Source of the DNA: a bacterium
Lineage (GTDB): Bacteria; Bacteroidota; Ignavibacteria; Kapaibacteriales; Kapaibacteriaceae
Direction of reading: 5' to 3'
Length of the DNA: 64,000 nt
NCBI GenBank assembly: GCA_036834845.1
Contig: DAITNB010000005.1
Location: forward strand, 37,677-101,676
Below the pieces are notes generated by a model. The model did no database searches. It was given only the letters and a program-made list of their open reading frames with translations, and was not told where the DNA came from. Made by a program: the position numbers and the translations under genes. Positions 29,255 to 38,907 of the stretch are shown in pieces (within the stretch, counting starts at the first letter, position 1; every line of letters begins with the position of its first letter).

Positions 29255-30274
29255 TTATGGACGAAAGGCAGGATTCGTAAGGATAGACGAATCAGTAAGT
29301 GCCTTCATAAAGGCAACGAGCGCGGCCTTCTCTGCGTCCGACAGGCCCAGCTTTTTTACCCGCGGGTCTTTATTCGGGAAGCTTGTGCCACCATCATTAT
29401 AGTGGGTAACAACGTCTTCGAGAGTTCGCATCTTTCCCTTCTCGCTGTCGCCGGTGCTCATGTAGGGTGGCGTAAGCGCTATGTTCCGCAGAGTTGGGGT
29501 CTTGAACTTTCCTTCGTCCATGGGATCTTTCGTTACGTTATATCTGCCGCGATCGAAGTAGTGATGGAAGAGGCCGATGTTATGGTATTGATCGTCTGTA
29601 AAGTCTGGACCGCCGTGACACGACGAGCACATCGTTTTTGCGCTGAAGAAGAGGTCCATTCCCTGTTTTTCCTGTTCGGTAAGAATGGATCGATTGCCCC
29701 TAATGTATCTATCGTATCTGCTGTTCGCGCTCACTAACGTGCGCTCGAACGTAGCAATGGCCTGCATGGTTCGGTGCATGGTAACTGCAGTGTCGCCAAA
29801 GGACTGCACCCAGAGGCCTCGATATTCGTCCGACTGAATCAACTGAGCAACGGCAATAGTATCTGCGTTCATCTCGGCTGAATTCCGAAACGCCGCCATG
29901 GCCTGCTCTTCAAGGGTAGCTGCGCGTCCGTCCCAAAAATGCGCCCTTCGGTACCCGGCATTTACAATCATGGGCGCATTCCGTGTTCCTAACGCCCCGT
30001 TTACTCCGGCACTTACTGTGCGCGGGGCATCAGAGAAAAACACTTCCGGCCTATGGCACGAGGCACAGGCAACAGCACCCGTACTTGATAAGCGCCTATC
30101 ATAGAAGAGCTGCTTGCCGAGTGTTGCTTTTGCCTCGGAGAACGGATTATCCCGTGGCACAGGCATAGCCGGCAGATGAGACGGAACGTTCGGGAAGCGC
30201 TCGGGCAATGGCTCGAGTGGGTCTGCTGCACAGCCCCCTACCAAGAGTGCAACCATTGCCAGACGCCTAATCAC
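29255..30274 (-). CDS. Di-haem cytochrome c peroxidase (CCP/MauG family)
   Basis: It has a signal peptide, two CXXCH motifs (CASCH, CSSCH) and a distal Met/Trp region. The length is 339 aa. Confidence 0.9.
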   Translation of the reverse strand: MIRRLAMVALLVGGCAADPLEPLPERFPNVPSHLPAMPVPRDNPFSEAKATLGKQLFYDRRLSSTGAVACASCHRPEVFFSDAPRTVSAGVNGALGTRNAPMIVNAGYRRAHFWDGRAATLEEQAMAAFRNSAEMNADTIAVAQLIQSDEYRGLWVQSFGDTAVTMHRTMQAIATFERTLVSANSRYDRYIRGNRSILTEQEKQGMDLFFSAKTMCSSCHGGPDFTDDQYHNIGLFHHYFDRGRYNVTKDPMDEGKFKTPTLRNIALTPPYMSTGDSEKGKMRTLEDVVTHYNDGGTSFPNKDPRVKKLGLSDAEKAALVAFMKALTDSSILTNPAFRP

Positions 30275-31149
30275 AGATCGGATAGTCCTTGCAACTTGTC
30301 GAGAAATTCTTGTGCTTCTCTCCCCTTCAATCCGGCGCCTTCCAAAACGGACTGATCCGGAGTTGTGGTGCTGATGATGCCGCGAAGAACGGCAAGCTCT
30401 TTCTTCGAGAATCTCTGCGAATGAAGGATGTAGTCTTCGAATGCTTCAAAGGCAATTGGTACGGCTGCCTTTACCACCGACGCTAAGGCCTCTCCATAGA
30501 CGCGTATCTCGTACTGCGCATGGGGGTCTATCCGAAGCCGCATAAAATGGAAGAGATTGTGCAGATCAATCTTCCAGTACCACTCGGTGTAGTTGGACAC
30601 GGGCAGATTGATGCGGGCAATCTCGCGGGCAAGGTTGGTTCCCAGAAGCTCTTGGTACTCTGCATAGAGTGAACCTTGCGTGGTTTCCATCACGGTGCGC
30701 ATCCGCTCGGCTTCTTCCGGTGAAAAGGTCTCGTCTGATCTTCCTTGCTTGTTTGTGGTGCTCTGCGGACGGATATGTTCTACCGAGGGCACGTAGAACT
30801 CGTCCTTCATCTCCGAGTACCGTCCGGAGTATTCATTCACATTTGCGGTGCGATGCCGAATCCACTGCCGAGCAACGAAGATTGGAAGCTTCACATGGAA
30901 CTTAAACTCAACCATCTCGAAGGGGGTGGTGTGCAGGTGGCGCATGAGATAGCGAATGAGTCCACGGTCCTCATGAACCTTTTTCGTGCCAGACCCATAG
31001 GAAACGCGGGCGGCCTGCACAATTGCAGAGTCGTCTCCCATTACGTCGATTAATCGAACGAATCCCTTGTCGAGACATGGGATCTCTTTGCCAATAAGTT
31101 GCTGAATTTCTGCTGTCATAACGACAAAGATAGAGTCCAGGTTGTACAT
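30271..31149 (-). CDS. thyX: FAD-dependent thymidylate synthase ThyX
   Basis: The ThyX motif RHRTANVNEYSGRYS is present. The gene overlaps the CCP gene by 4 nt. Confidence 0.9.
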   Translation of the reverse strand: MYNLDSIFVVMTAEIQQLIGKEIPCLDKGFVRLIDVMGDDSAIVQAARVSYGSGTKKVHEDRGLIRYLMRHLHTTPFEMVEFKFHVKLPIFVARQWIRHRTANVNEYSGRYSEMKDEFYVPSVEHIRPQSTTNKQGRSDETFSPEEAERMRTVMETTQGSLYAEYQELLGTNLAREIARINLPVSNYTEWYWKIDLHNLFHFMRLRIDPHAQYEIRVYGEALASVVKAAVPIAFEAFEDYILHSQRFSKKELAVLRGIISTTTPDQSVLEGAGLKGREAQEFLDKLQGLSDL

Positions 31150-31189
31150 TCGCTGTAGGTATTCACGTCACTTTTGGGGTCGAGGCAGA

Positions 31190-33463
31190 ATGTTACACAC
31201 TTTTCTCGTTGTTCTGTTTGTGTTTTCGGGCTTAGCGGCAATTGCACAGCCCGCCGCAAAGAAGAGCGAATACGAGCTCATGCGCGATTCTTTGCTCAAT
31301 CTCACCGTTGATGCCAGCTCTCACCGCTTGGTAGAGGGCTTGCTTTTCGAAGATGGGCTTATTTCGATAAGCTTAGACAGCGGCTCTGTAGCGTTTATGG
31401 AGCGGTACGATGGGCGTTTGGTGGCAGCGGTTTTTAGGGGGCGTGGCACAGTGGCATTTACGCCGAATTACGTTACGGAAGTGATAAACCTAAAACGTTT
31501 TACCGGACAGGAACAGCTCTCGGAGGAATTCGACAGAGCTGTATTTGTTTTTACAGACAACCGATTTGCCGAGCTCATTAACGAAACACGCGCGTCGGGA
31601 GCGCCCCCTGCCAATCTTCTGTCCATGAAGAAGGATGTACAGGAGTTGCTTGCCAGAAACGACAACCGCGAGGTAGATGCTCGAGTTGCACGTTGTCTGC
31701 TGAACGGAACTACTGCACCCGGATTCTTTGCACGCACATGGCTGAAGAATGATGTAGAGGTTATAGTTGGTCACGATCCATTTCAATACGAACCGTACAC
31801 ATTGGCAGCTAGGAGAGCAAAAGGGGGCCCTTCCAACCTTACGTTCATTAATCAGTGTCCGGATGTACATGGATGGCCTGAACTTCCCGATAGTGGCGTG
31901 GAGCCCGGAGACCTGGTTTCGGTAAGTCATCACAAGCTTACTTGTGCTATCGACCGATCTTTGGATCTCAGCGCTGAGGATGTGCTAACAATGGAGGTGC
32001 TCGAAGACGGCGTCCGCTGGATAAACCTAAGTTTAACCCCGTATCTTACTGCCACCGCCGCAAACGTAAACGGCGCACCTGCGGTGCTCTTTACAGCGAA
32101 GGATAGTTACTCTGCATGGGTTCAGCTTCCTTCTACGGCAAAGAAGGGCGACCGTCTTTCGGTGGCGATATCCTTCTCTGGGTCTATCATCGACCGCGTT
32201 CAGGACTACACCATTCTACGAACCTCAATCGACTGGCTTCCGGTGTATTCACATTCACAGAAGTCTCTCTACGAAATCACGTTTTCCTACCCTTCGTCCA
32301 TGACCCTACTGTCTCTCGGTAAACAAGACACCTTGTACACGGTAGACAGAACAACAACAAGCCGATGGACTACCAGCATACCAAATACGAACAACTCCTT
32401 CCACATTGGACTATTTAAGAAGAGAGAAATCGATACCGATCCTGAATCGCCTACAGCAACCATGTACTACCGCACAGTAGATCAGGTAGACGCAGTAGCC
32501 ATGGATGTAAAACAGTCTCTCCTCTTTTTTACTCGCCTCTTTGGCAATCTTAGCATTAAGCACCTTAACGCAACTGAACTTCCCGGTACTCACGGCGAGG
32601 CGTTCCCCGGCTTACTCCACCTATCGTCCTACGCTTTCTTTCGTGCCGCCGACGTGTCTACCGACGATTTTTTTGGCGAGCAGTTCACATCCCACGAAGT
32701 AGCCCACCAATGGTGGGGAATTTCTGTCAAACCCCTTACGTATCGAGACCGTTGGCTGAGCGAGGGATTTGCCGAGTACTCCTGTCTCCTCTATTCCCAA
32801 TTGGCTGCCCAAGAGCAAAAGAAGTTTAATAGACTTCTCTTGGATTATCGGGACCAGATTATGAAGTATGGCAAACGCACCATTGGCACCGATCTGGCCC
32901 CGCCCCCTGTGCACCTTGGTCATCGTGTGCGTTCGGGAGCAGGCAGCGCCGGAGACCCGTACAACGCCTTCGTGTATTACAAGGGGGCGTGGGTTCTGCA
33001 CATGCTTCGCAACATGATGATCGATTTAAAGACGATGAACGAAGACGTGTTTATCACCGTGATGAAGGAGTTCTTTACCACATATAATGGCAAACGAGCA
33101 AGCACGGAAGACTTCCGCGCGGTGATTCAGAAAGTAACAGGTTCCGATGTGTCGTGGTTCTTTAATCAGTGGATTTATGGTAACGAACAACCCACCTACC
33201 GTGTGGCATGGAAGAAGGACGAGATTCCTGGCGGACAGTGGCGCGTTACGCTCAGGGTCCGCCAGGAAAACGTCTCAGAAGATTTTCGGATGATTGTTCC
33301 AATTAAAATCGAAGGCAAGGATGGCAGATTCGTTCGGATGCGCCTAAACATAACCGGCAACGAATCTGTTATTGAACTACCCCACGTTGCCTTCGAACCG
33401 AAAGAGGTAACGTTTAATGACCTCAACTCGGTGCTGTGTTTGGTGAAGACGGAGGGCTTCTAA
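31190..33463 (+). CDS. Secreted M1-family zinc metallopeptidase (aminopeptidase N-like)
   Basis: The zinc site is HEVAHQWWG with a downstream Glu (LSEGFAEY). A signal peptide MLHTFLVVLFVFSGLAAIAQ is present. The ORF-track start at 31142 overlaps thyX, so I chose the Met at 31190. Confidence 0.85.
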   Translation: MLHTFLVVLFVFSGLAAIAQPAAKKSEYELMRDSLLNLTVDASSHRLVEGLLFEDGLISISLDSGSVAFMERYDGRLVAAVFRGRGTVAFTPNYVTEVINLKRFTGQEQLSEEFDRAVFVFTDNRFAELINETRASGAPPANLLSMKKDVQELLARNDNREVDARVARCLLNGTTAPGFFARTWLKNDVEVIVGHDPFQYEPYTLAARRAKGGPSNLTFINQCPDVHGWPELPDSGVEPGDLVSVSHHKLTCAIDRSLDLSAEDVLTMEVLEDGVRWINLSLTPYLTATAANVNGAPAVLFTAKDSYSAWVQLPSTAKKGDRLSVAISFSGSIIDRVQDYTILRTSIDWLPVYSHSQKSLYEITFSYPSSMTLLSLGKQDTLYTVDRTTTSRWTTSIPNTNNSFHIGLFKKREIDTDPESPTATMYYRTVDQVDAVAMDVKQSLLFFTRLFGNLSIKHLNATELPGTHGEAFPGLLHLSSYAFFRAADVSTDDFFGEQFTSHEVAHQWWGISVKPLTYRDRWLSEGFAEYSCLLYSQLAAQEQKKFNRLLLDYRDQIMKYGKRTIGTDLAPPPVHLGHRVRSGAGSAGDPYNAFVYYKGAWVLHMLRNMMIDLKTMNEDVFITVMKEFFTTYNGKRASTEDFRAVIQKVTGSDVSWFFNQWIYGNEQPTYRVAWKKDEIPGGQWRVTLRVRQENVSEDFRMIVPIKIEGKDGRFVRMRLNITGNESVIELPHVAFEPKEVTFNDLNSVLCLVKTEGF

Positions 33464-34134
33464 CCCTTGCTTGGGAGGAATGGTATAAGACTGTTTGCAA
33501 AGTGACGCACGTTTCGGGTTTGCATCCAAATCTTGCCGGGGCCGGTAAACATGCATACCAACCCTTCTCCGCTGGCGAATGAACTGAAGAGTCCTCGCGA
33601 GGCCGTCTTAATGGAATACTGCACACCATCTGTCATTGCCACAATGTGCCCCGTATCTACTACGTACGGTTCACCCGGGCCCAGCTCCTTGGTGTAGATG
33701 GCACCAAACCCGGTAAGAAACAGCGGACCCGATCCCGACAACACGGAGAGGAACAAGTCCGACCCCGCCACGAGTGCCTTCAATGAACCTCGGGAGGAGA
33801 CAGTGATGTCCGGGTCGCCGGCCAAGTAAGCGCCGCCGTATGCAAGGATTGTTTCGTTCCGTAGGTCTAGCCGAATAATGTCTCCGGGTACGGACGGAGC
33901 CAAATAGAGCTCGCCTCTGCCATGCACGGCCGTATATATGGATGCGAAGATAGACTCGCCCCCTACCGCCGCCTTAATTGTCCCTAACAATCCCTTCCCC
34001 GCCGATGTTGATTGCAGCTCGATAGATGGCGTCATAGACAGCATTGCCCCCGGCTCTGCTCGAAAACGCTCGCCCTGCTCCATCTCCACCTTGAGCGAGG
34101 CATACACAGGTGCATGTTCAATGGTAAAGTTCAT
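33460..34134 (-). CDS. TIGR00266/AIM24-family protein (DUF124)
   Basis: The size and the Gly-rich beta-strand pattern (GESIFASIY...LAYGGAYLAGD) match this family. Confidence 0.7.
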   Translation of the reverse strand: MNFTIEHAPVYASLKVEMEQGERFRAEPGAMLSMTPSIELQSTSAGKGLLGTIKAAVGGESIFASIYTAVHGRGELYLAPSVPGDIIRLDLRNETILAYGGAYLAGDPDITVSSRGSLKALVAGSDLFLSVLSGSGPLFLTGFGAIYTKELGPGEPYVVDTGHIVAMTDGVQYSIKTASRGLFSSFASGEGLVCMFTGPGKIWMQTRNVRHFANSLIPFLPSKG

Positions 34135-34679
34135 TTGTTTGCTCCGTTGTAAATAATGCCGCCAGATTGTTTGTACATCTCAAGCAACGCAACACCCTCG
34201 GTTCGCAGCACATCTCTGTGAACAGCAATGTTGCGGGAGTGGTAGTGTTCGATCCAACCCTGTGGTTTGTTACCTTCATCAAAACCCAGGGCTCGCACAT
34301 CCTGGTCGCGCACGGACGTTACCACTCGATGTATGCCGGCCCACGGTATTGCTCCCATGCACATGGCACAGGGTTCTGCAGTAATGACTATGGTAATGTG
34401 ACCCATTGAGCCGAGCGACCATGTTTGCAGATTCTCCGAGGCATTAATAATCGCTACGATCTCTGCGTGAAGCACGGCACAGTTTTTCGAAGTAACAAGG
34501 TTAACGCCTGTGCCAACAACTCCGCCGTGTGCGTTGAGTACCACAGCGGCAAATGGTCCGCCGGTCTTCATACGTACATTCATCGCTGCTAACTCTATGG
34601 CATATCGCATCACCGCTTCGTCCGAGGTATGCGTTGGCAGAGGCACTTCCGATATCCAATCAGGCAGCGTGATGTTCAT
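34131..34679 (-). CDS. CMP/dCMP-type zinc deaminase (guanine/cytidine deaminase-like)
   Basis: HAEIVAI and PCAMCMGAI zinc-binding motifs are present. Confidence 0.85.
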   Translation of the reverse strand: MNITLPDWISEVPLPTHTSDEAVMRYAIELAAMNVRMKTGGPFAAVVLNAHGGVVGTGVNLVTSKNCAVLHAEIVAIINASENLQTWSLGSMGHITIVITAEPCAMCMGAIPWAGIHRVVTSVRDQDVRALGFDEGNKPQGWIEHYHSRNIAVHRDVLRTEGVALLEMYKQSGGIIYNGANK

Positions 34680-35131
34680 CGCACACGCACACCGGTTGCT
34701 TCGAGGTTTAACTCTTGCTGATCTCCTTTAATCCGCTCGATGTCTTTCTTCGATTTCCCGGCGTCTTCGGCATAGTGGCGCGCGTCTGCCTCGGTTATGA
34801 TACTTTCTTCCAACACACCTTCAACTGCCACATGATATCCAGCCAAGTCCTTCGGCATAAAAAAACCGTAGTCCTTAAAGGTTACGCGTACTTTAACATC
34901 GGCATCGGTGAGAATCATCCAGCAGCCCTTCTTCTTACATACCTCCTTAACCGTAGCAGAAACGGCAATTGGCACGTTAAACATGCGCTGAGCAACGGCC
35001 CGTTTAAGAGGCAGCACCGTTTTCGCTTTTACGCCTGCGCCGTATTCCCTGCCTTTGGCAGCAGGTGCAGGTGGCTCGTTTACAAAGGCCGCGCACAAAA
35101 GAAGTACGGCAATCGCAAATCCAACCTTCAT
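34676..35131 (-). CDS. DUF4920-like secreted protein
   Basis: The signal peptide is [23 protein letters not shown] motif is present. I took the start at the internal Met to avoid overlap with the divergent dtd gene. Confidence 0.6.
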   Translation of the reverse strand: MKVGFAIAVLLLCAAFVNEPPAPAAKGREYGAGVKAKTVLPLKRAVAQRMFNVPIAVSATVKEVCKKKGCWMILTDADVKVRVTFKDYGFFMPKDLAGYHVAVEGVLEESIITEADARHYAEDAGKSKKDIERIKGDQQELNLEATGVRVR

Positions 35132-35198
35132 GAGCTTTTCTCCCTGTGTGCATGATTTCCGTCCCGAACATACATATTCGCAAGAAAACGAAACACCA

Positions 35199-35654
35199 AT
35201 GCGCATTGTCCTTCAGCGAGTATCCTCGGCCCATGTTACCGTAAACCACAAAACGGTAGGGTCTATTCAACGTGGTCTTGTTGCCCTTGTTGGTATTACG
35301 CAAACAGACCAAGATGCGGACGCCCTTTGGATGGCAGAGAAAATTCTCGCACTCCGAATCTTCCCGGACGATGATGGCAAGATGAACCGCGCGCTCACCG
35401 ATGTGGGAGGTGGCATTCTGATTATATCGCAGTTTACTCTCTACGGAGATGCGCAAAAAGGCAACAGGCCATCCTTTATTCAGGCGGCGTCTCCCGAAAT
35501 GGCGTTACCGTTCTTCGAACGGTTCGTGGAGATTGTTAGGGGGCAGGCACAAAAAGCAAACGTGCCTGTTGCGGTTGCAACAGGCACGTTTGGAGCAATG
35601 ATGGACGTTCACTTGGTGAATGATGGTCCAGTTACCATCATTCTAGAACGATAG
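35199..35654 (+). CDS. dtd: D-aminoacyl-tRNA deacylase
   Basis: The N-terminus is [21 protein letters not shown] and the Dtd family motif [10 protein letters not shown] are present. The start is an internal Met of the track ORF. Confidence 0.9.
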   Translation: MRIVLQRVSSAHVTVNHKTVGSIQRGLVALVGITQTDQDADALWMAEKILALRIFPDDDGKMNRALTDVGGGILIISQFTLYGDAQKGNRPSFIQAASPEMALPFFERFVEIVRGQAQKANVPVAVATGTFGAMMDVHLVNDGPVTIILER

Positions 35655-35665
35655 TTTCTTGGTTG

Positions 35666-37414
35666 TTACAGGGTAACAGTGTTTTCGTTTACACCTTCTA
35701 GCGCACGGCAAATCGAGGCCAGAGCTTGGGTTGCAAGCGCTCCATCAATTACGCGGTGATCGTAGGTGATAGACAGGTACACCATGCTGCGCACAACAAT
35801 CACGTCTTCGCCATCGAGTTCACGCACAACCGGACGTTTTTGAATAGCGCCGATGCCTACGATAGCAGTCTGTGGTTGGTTAATCACCGGTGTACCGAAG
35901 AGCGAGCCGAACGAACCCACATTCGTTACCGTAATAGTGCCACCGGCAATATCGTCGGGCATAAGTTTTTTCGAACGCGCACGGGCAGCAAGGTCGTTCA
36001 TCGAACGAGCAATGCCGGTAATGTTCAGGTTCTCGGCATTCTTGATTACCGGAACGATAAGGTTTCCGTCTGGCAGCGCCGTTGCCATTCCCAGATTCAC
36101 ACGTTTGTGCTGGATGATGTTTGTTCCGTCTACGCTAACGTTGATGCGCGGCCATGCCTTAACACCTTCGCACACTGCCCATCCGAAAAATGGGTTATAG
36201 GTAAGCTTGAAACCTTCGCGTTTTTCGAAGGCACCTTTAACCTTCTCGCGAAGCTTAACGATGCCCGTTACGTCTACCTCGGCCACACTGGTAACATGAG
36301 CCGATGTTTGCTTGCTGCGCACCATGTGTTCGGCAATAAGCTGACGCATACGGTCCATAGGAACAATTTCGCTCTCGCCTCCTGTAAGCACAACCGACGG
36401 AGCCGAAACAACGGCTGGTGCAGCCACTGTCTGTACAGGTGCCGGTGCCAACACAGCCGGTGCCGGTGCCGCAGCCGATGTGCCCCTGCGAGAGAGGTAT
36501 GCCATTACATCGTTCTTTGTAACTCTGCCTTCGAGGCCTGTGCCTTGCAGTGCATCAAGCTCTGCAACGCTAATGTTTTCTACTGCAGCAATGCTGCGGA
36601 CAAGGGGCGAGTAGAAACGTCCACCGCTCTGACGTGGAATACTAGACGTGGCAGCATGAGCCACCGATGCCAACGCAGGCGCGGAGTGCCCGTTTGTTGG
36701 TGCGGGTGCGGGTGCCGGTGCCGGTGCAATTGCGGCTGGTGCGGGTGCAGCAGCAGGAGCAGGAGGTGCAACGGCCGGAGCGGCAGCCACAACGGCAGCG
36801 CCACTGGAGAGCCGAGCAATAACCTTTCCTACTTCCACAACGTCGCCCTCGTTTGCCAATACGGCTACAAGTGTGCCGGCGCTAGGCGATGGAACCTCGG
36901 TGTCTACCTTGTCCGTTGAAATCTCAAGAAGAACCTCGTCGCGCTCAACCTTGTCTCCAACGTTCTTTACCCAACGTAGCACCTTTCCTTCTTGGATAGA
37001 TTCTCCCATCTTTGGCATCACAACTTCAATGTCGCCACCGCCGGCTGCGGCAGGTGCGGCAACAGGAGCAGCAACAGGTGCCGGTGCGGCAACAGGAGCA
37101 ACAACAGGTGCCGGAGCAGGTGCTGGTGCCGGAGCTGCAACAGGTGCTGGTGCTGCGGCAGGTGCAGATGCACCCACTTCGCCCCCTAACACGGCAATCA
37201 CCTTGCCTACCTCTACGGTATCGCCTTCGGCAAACATGATCTGCGAGATTACTCCGGCTGCGGGCGACGGAACTTCCGTATCAACCTTATCCGTGGAGAT
37301 CTCGAGGATCACTTCATCGCGTTCTACCTTGTCGCCAACATTTTTAACCCAACGAAGAATTTTTCCTTCTTGGATCGATTCGCCCATCTTGGGCATTACA
37401 ACTTCGATGCTCAT
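35666..37414 (-). CDS. 2-oxo acid dehydrogenase E2 (dihydrolipoamide acyltransferase) with two tandem lipoyl domains
   Basis: Two copies of IEVVMPKMGESIQEGK..TDKVDTEVPSP are separated by Ala-Pro linkers. The catalytic DHRVIDGA lies in the C-terminal domain. Confidence 0.9.
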   Translation of the reverse strand: MSIEVVMPKMGESIQEGKILRWVKNVGDKVERDEVILEISTDKVDTEVPSPAAGVISQIMFAEGDTVEVGKVIAVLGGEVGASAPAAAPAPVAAPAPAPAPAPVVAPVAAPAPVAAPVAAPAAAGGGDIEVVMPKMGESIQEGKVLRWVKNVGDKVERDEVLLEISTDKVDTEVPSPSAGTLVAVLANEGDVVEVGKVIARLSSGAAVVAAAPAVAPPAPAAAPAPAAIAPAPAPAPAPTNGHSAPALASVAHAATSSIPRQSGGRFYSPLVRSIAAVENISVAELDALQGTGLEGRVTKNDVMAYLSRRGTSAAAPAPAVLAPAPVQTVAAPAVVSAPSVVLTGGESEIVPMDRMRQLIAEHMVRSKQTSAHVTSVAEVDVTGIVKLREKVKGAFEKREGFKLTYNPFFGWAVCEGVKAWPRINVSVDGTNIIQHKRVNLGMATALPDGNLIVPVIKNAENLNITGIARSMNDLAARARSKKLMPDDIAGGTITVTNVGSFGSLFGTPVINQPQTAIVGIGAIQKRPVVRELDGEDVIVVRSMVYLSITYDHRVIDGALATQALASICRALEGVNENTVTL

Positions 37415-37495
37415 TGATGTTCCCTACGGAGTTCGTTGCGGTGTAAGAGAAGCGCAAGTTACGAAAAGTGCGTGGTGCAGCCGAAGCCCTGTCTC

Positions 37496-38368
37496 TTACT
37501 TCACAAGCGACTCTATGGCGCACCGAAGCAGAGGATAGGCAAAACGAAACTGCTCGCCGAGAAGTCTGCTTGGTACTACGTTCTGTCCGTGAAGTATCAC
37601 GTCTGCCTTCTTCCCTAAAACAAGGCGAAGGAGTGCTGCCGGCACCGGCGCAATGGCCGGACGGCGGAGTACGTGGGCCATCTCGGAAATAAAGGTGCTC
37701 ATGGGAACACATTCCGGCGCCACAACATTGTAGGGTCCGGCCGCCTGCTGGTTCTCTACTGCCCAGAGGAAGGCATGCACCACATCGTCTCTGTGCACCC
37801 ACGGCATCCACTGACGTCCGTTACCGGGAACGCCCCCTACAAAGAGCTTCATCGGCAAGGCCAGCTTGGGAAAGGCACCCTCATTGGGGTCGAGAACAAC
37901 TCCCACACGAAGCAACGCAACACGCGTGTATTTCCGCGCACGTTCCGCCTCTGCTTCCCACGCCTTTACAACATTCGCTAGGAATGTTTGACCGCTAGGC
38001 ATTGCCTCGGACGATGGCACCATGGTGTTTCCATAATACCCCACCGCAGATGCATTGATAAGGGGCGGGCAGTTCGTAAGCTGCGCTAGCGCTCCTACTA
38101 TGCTCCGTGTTGTTTCTACCCTACTGCGCAGGATCTCGCGTCGCTCGGAGGCAGACCATCGTTTTTTTGCCAAGTTCGAGCCAGCTAGGTTAATGATTGC
38201 CGAAGCACCTTCTGCGGCCTCTGGTAGCGCACTCCACGGGATAACATCGGCGTTCGAGGTGGGTGCCGACCGCGAAACCCGAACCACACGGTATCCCCTG
38301 TTGCTGGCCTCCCGGCTGATGTGTGTGCCAAGAAATCCCGTTCCACCGGCAATGAGAAGTGTTTTCAT
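37496..38368 (-). CDS. TIGR01777 (YfcH) family NAD-dependent epimerase/dehydratase with a DUF1731 C-terminus
   Basis: The N-terminus is MKTLLIAGGTGFLG. The length is 290 aa. Confidence 0.8.
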   Translation of the reverse strand: MKTLLIAGGTGFLGTHISREASNRGYRVVRVSRSAPTSNADVIPWSALPEAAEGASAIINLAGSNLAKKRWSASERREILRSRVETTRSIVGALAQLTNCPPLINASAVGYYGNTMVPSSEAMPSGQTFLANVVKAWEAEAERARKYTRVALLRVGVVLDPNEGAFPKLALPMKLFVGGVPGNGRQWMPWVHRDDVVHAFLWAVENQQAAGPYNVVAPECVPMSTFISEMAHVLRRPAIAPVPAALLRLVLGKKADVILHGQNVVPSRLLGEQFRFAYPLLRCAIESLVK

Positions 38369-38371
38369 AGC

Positions 38372-38413
38372 TCGCTAAAACAAGAAAGCCCGCACGATGG
38401 TTCGCGCGGGCTT
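38372..38413 (-). terminator. Rho-independent terminator downstream of rplI
   Basis: The stem is AAGCCCGC...GCGGGCTT. On the minus strand it is followed by TTCTTGTTTT. Confidence 0.6.
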
Positions 38414-38437
38414 GAAAATTGCTAACAAAGTGTTCGG

Positions 38438-38884
38438 TTATTCTTGACCGATTACCCAAACCTTGAGCGGGGCAATCACGTCTGCAAACAGCTTTACCTT
38501 TACTTCGAAGATGCCCAGCGTTTTAATGGAATCTTCGATGGTGATATTGCGGCGGTCTACGGTAAAGCCACGCAGTTCGAGCTCTTGGGCAATCATTGGC
38601 GCAGTAACAGAACCGAACAACCGACCTTCCTCTCCAACTTGCATTGGAATGGTAATTTGCATGTCTGCCAACTGGGCCGCAACACGCTCGGCTGCCTGGC
38701 GTGCCTTTGCCATCTTGCCTTCGTATTGCTTCTTCTCTGTTTCCAGAGTGCGGATGGCTCCCGCAGTTGCCAAGTAGGCAAGCTGATTTGGGATAAGGAA
38801 ATTGCGTGCATAACCAGCTTTTACCGTAACGATTTCGCCGATTGCACCCAGGTTCTCAACGTCTTGACGAAGTATGATTTTCAT
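38438..38884 (-). CDS. rplI: 50S ribosomal protein L9
   Basis: The N-terminus is MKIILRQDVENLGAIGEIVTVKAGYARNFLIP. Confidence 0.95.
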   Translation of the reverse strand: MKIILRQDVENLGAIGEIVTVKAGYARNFLIPNQLAYLATAGAIRTLETEKKQYEGKMAKARQAAERVAAQLADMQITIPMQVGEEGRLFGSVTAPMIAQELELRGFTVDRRNITIEDSIKTLGIFEVKVKLFADVIAPLKVWVIGQE

Positions 38885-38907
38885 GGTCGTGGTCCGATTT
38901 CAGTGAA

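Noticed and set aside
35055-35198. The N-terminal 48 codons of ORF 35055..35654 fused to Dtd
   Set aside because: That part overlaps the DUF4920 gene on the opposite strand. Dtd homology begins exactly at Met49 (MRIVLQRV).
36640-37200. GC-rich short tandem-looking repeats (GCACCGGCACCGGC..., GCAGCAGGAGCAGG...) that superficially resemble a repeat array
   Set aside because: They lie inside the E2 acyltransferase reading frame and encode the Ala-Pro-rich interdomain linkers (APAPAPAPV...). There is no spacer/repeat periodicity and they are not CRISPR.
35726-37538. Long antisense ORFs (35726..36919 + 397 aa and 36873..37538 + 221 aa) full of Cys/Arg or Ala/Gly repeats
   Set aside because: They are shadow ORFs on the strand opposite the E2 gene, caused by its GC-rich linker codons. 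They have no homology and implausible composition.
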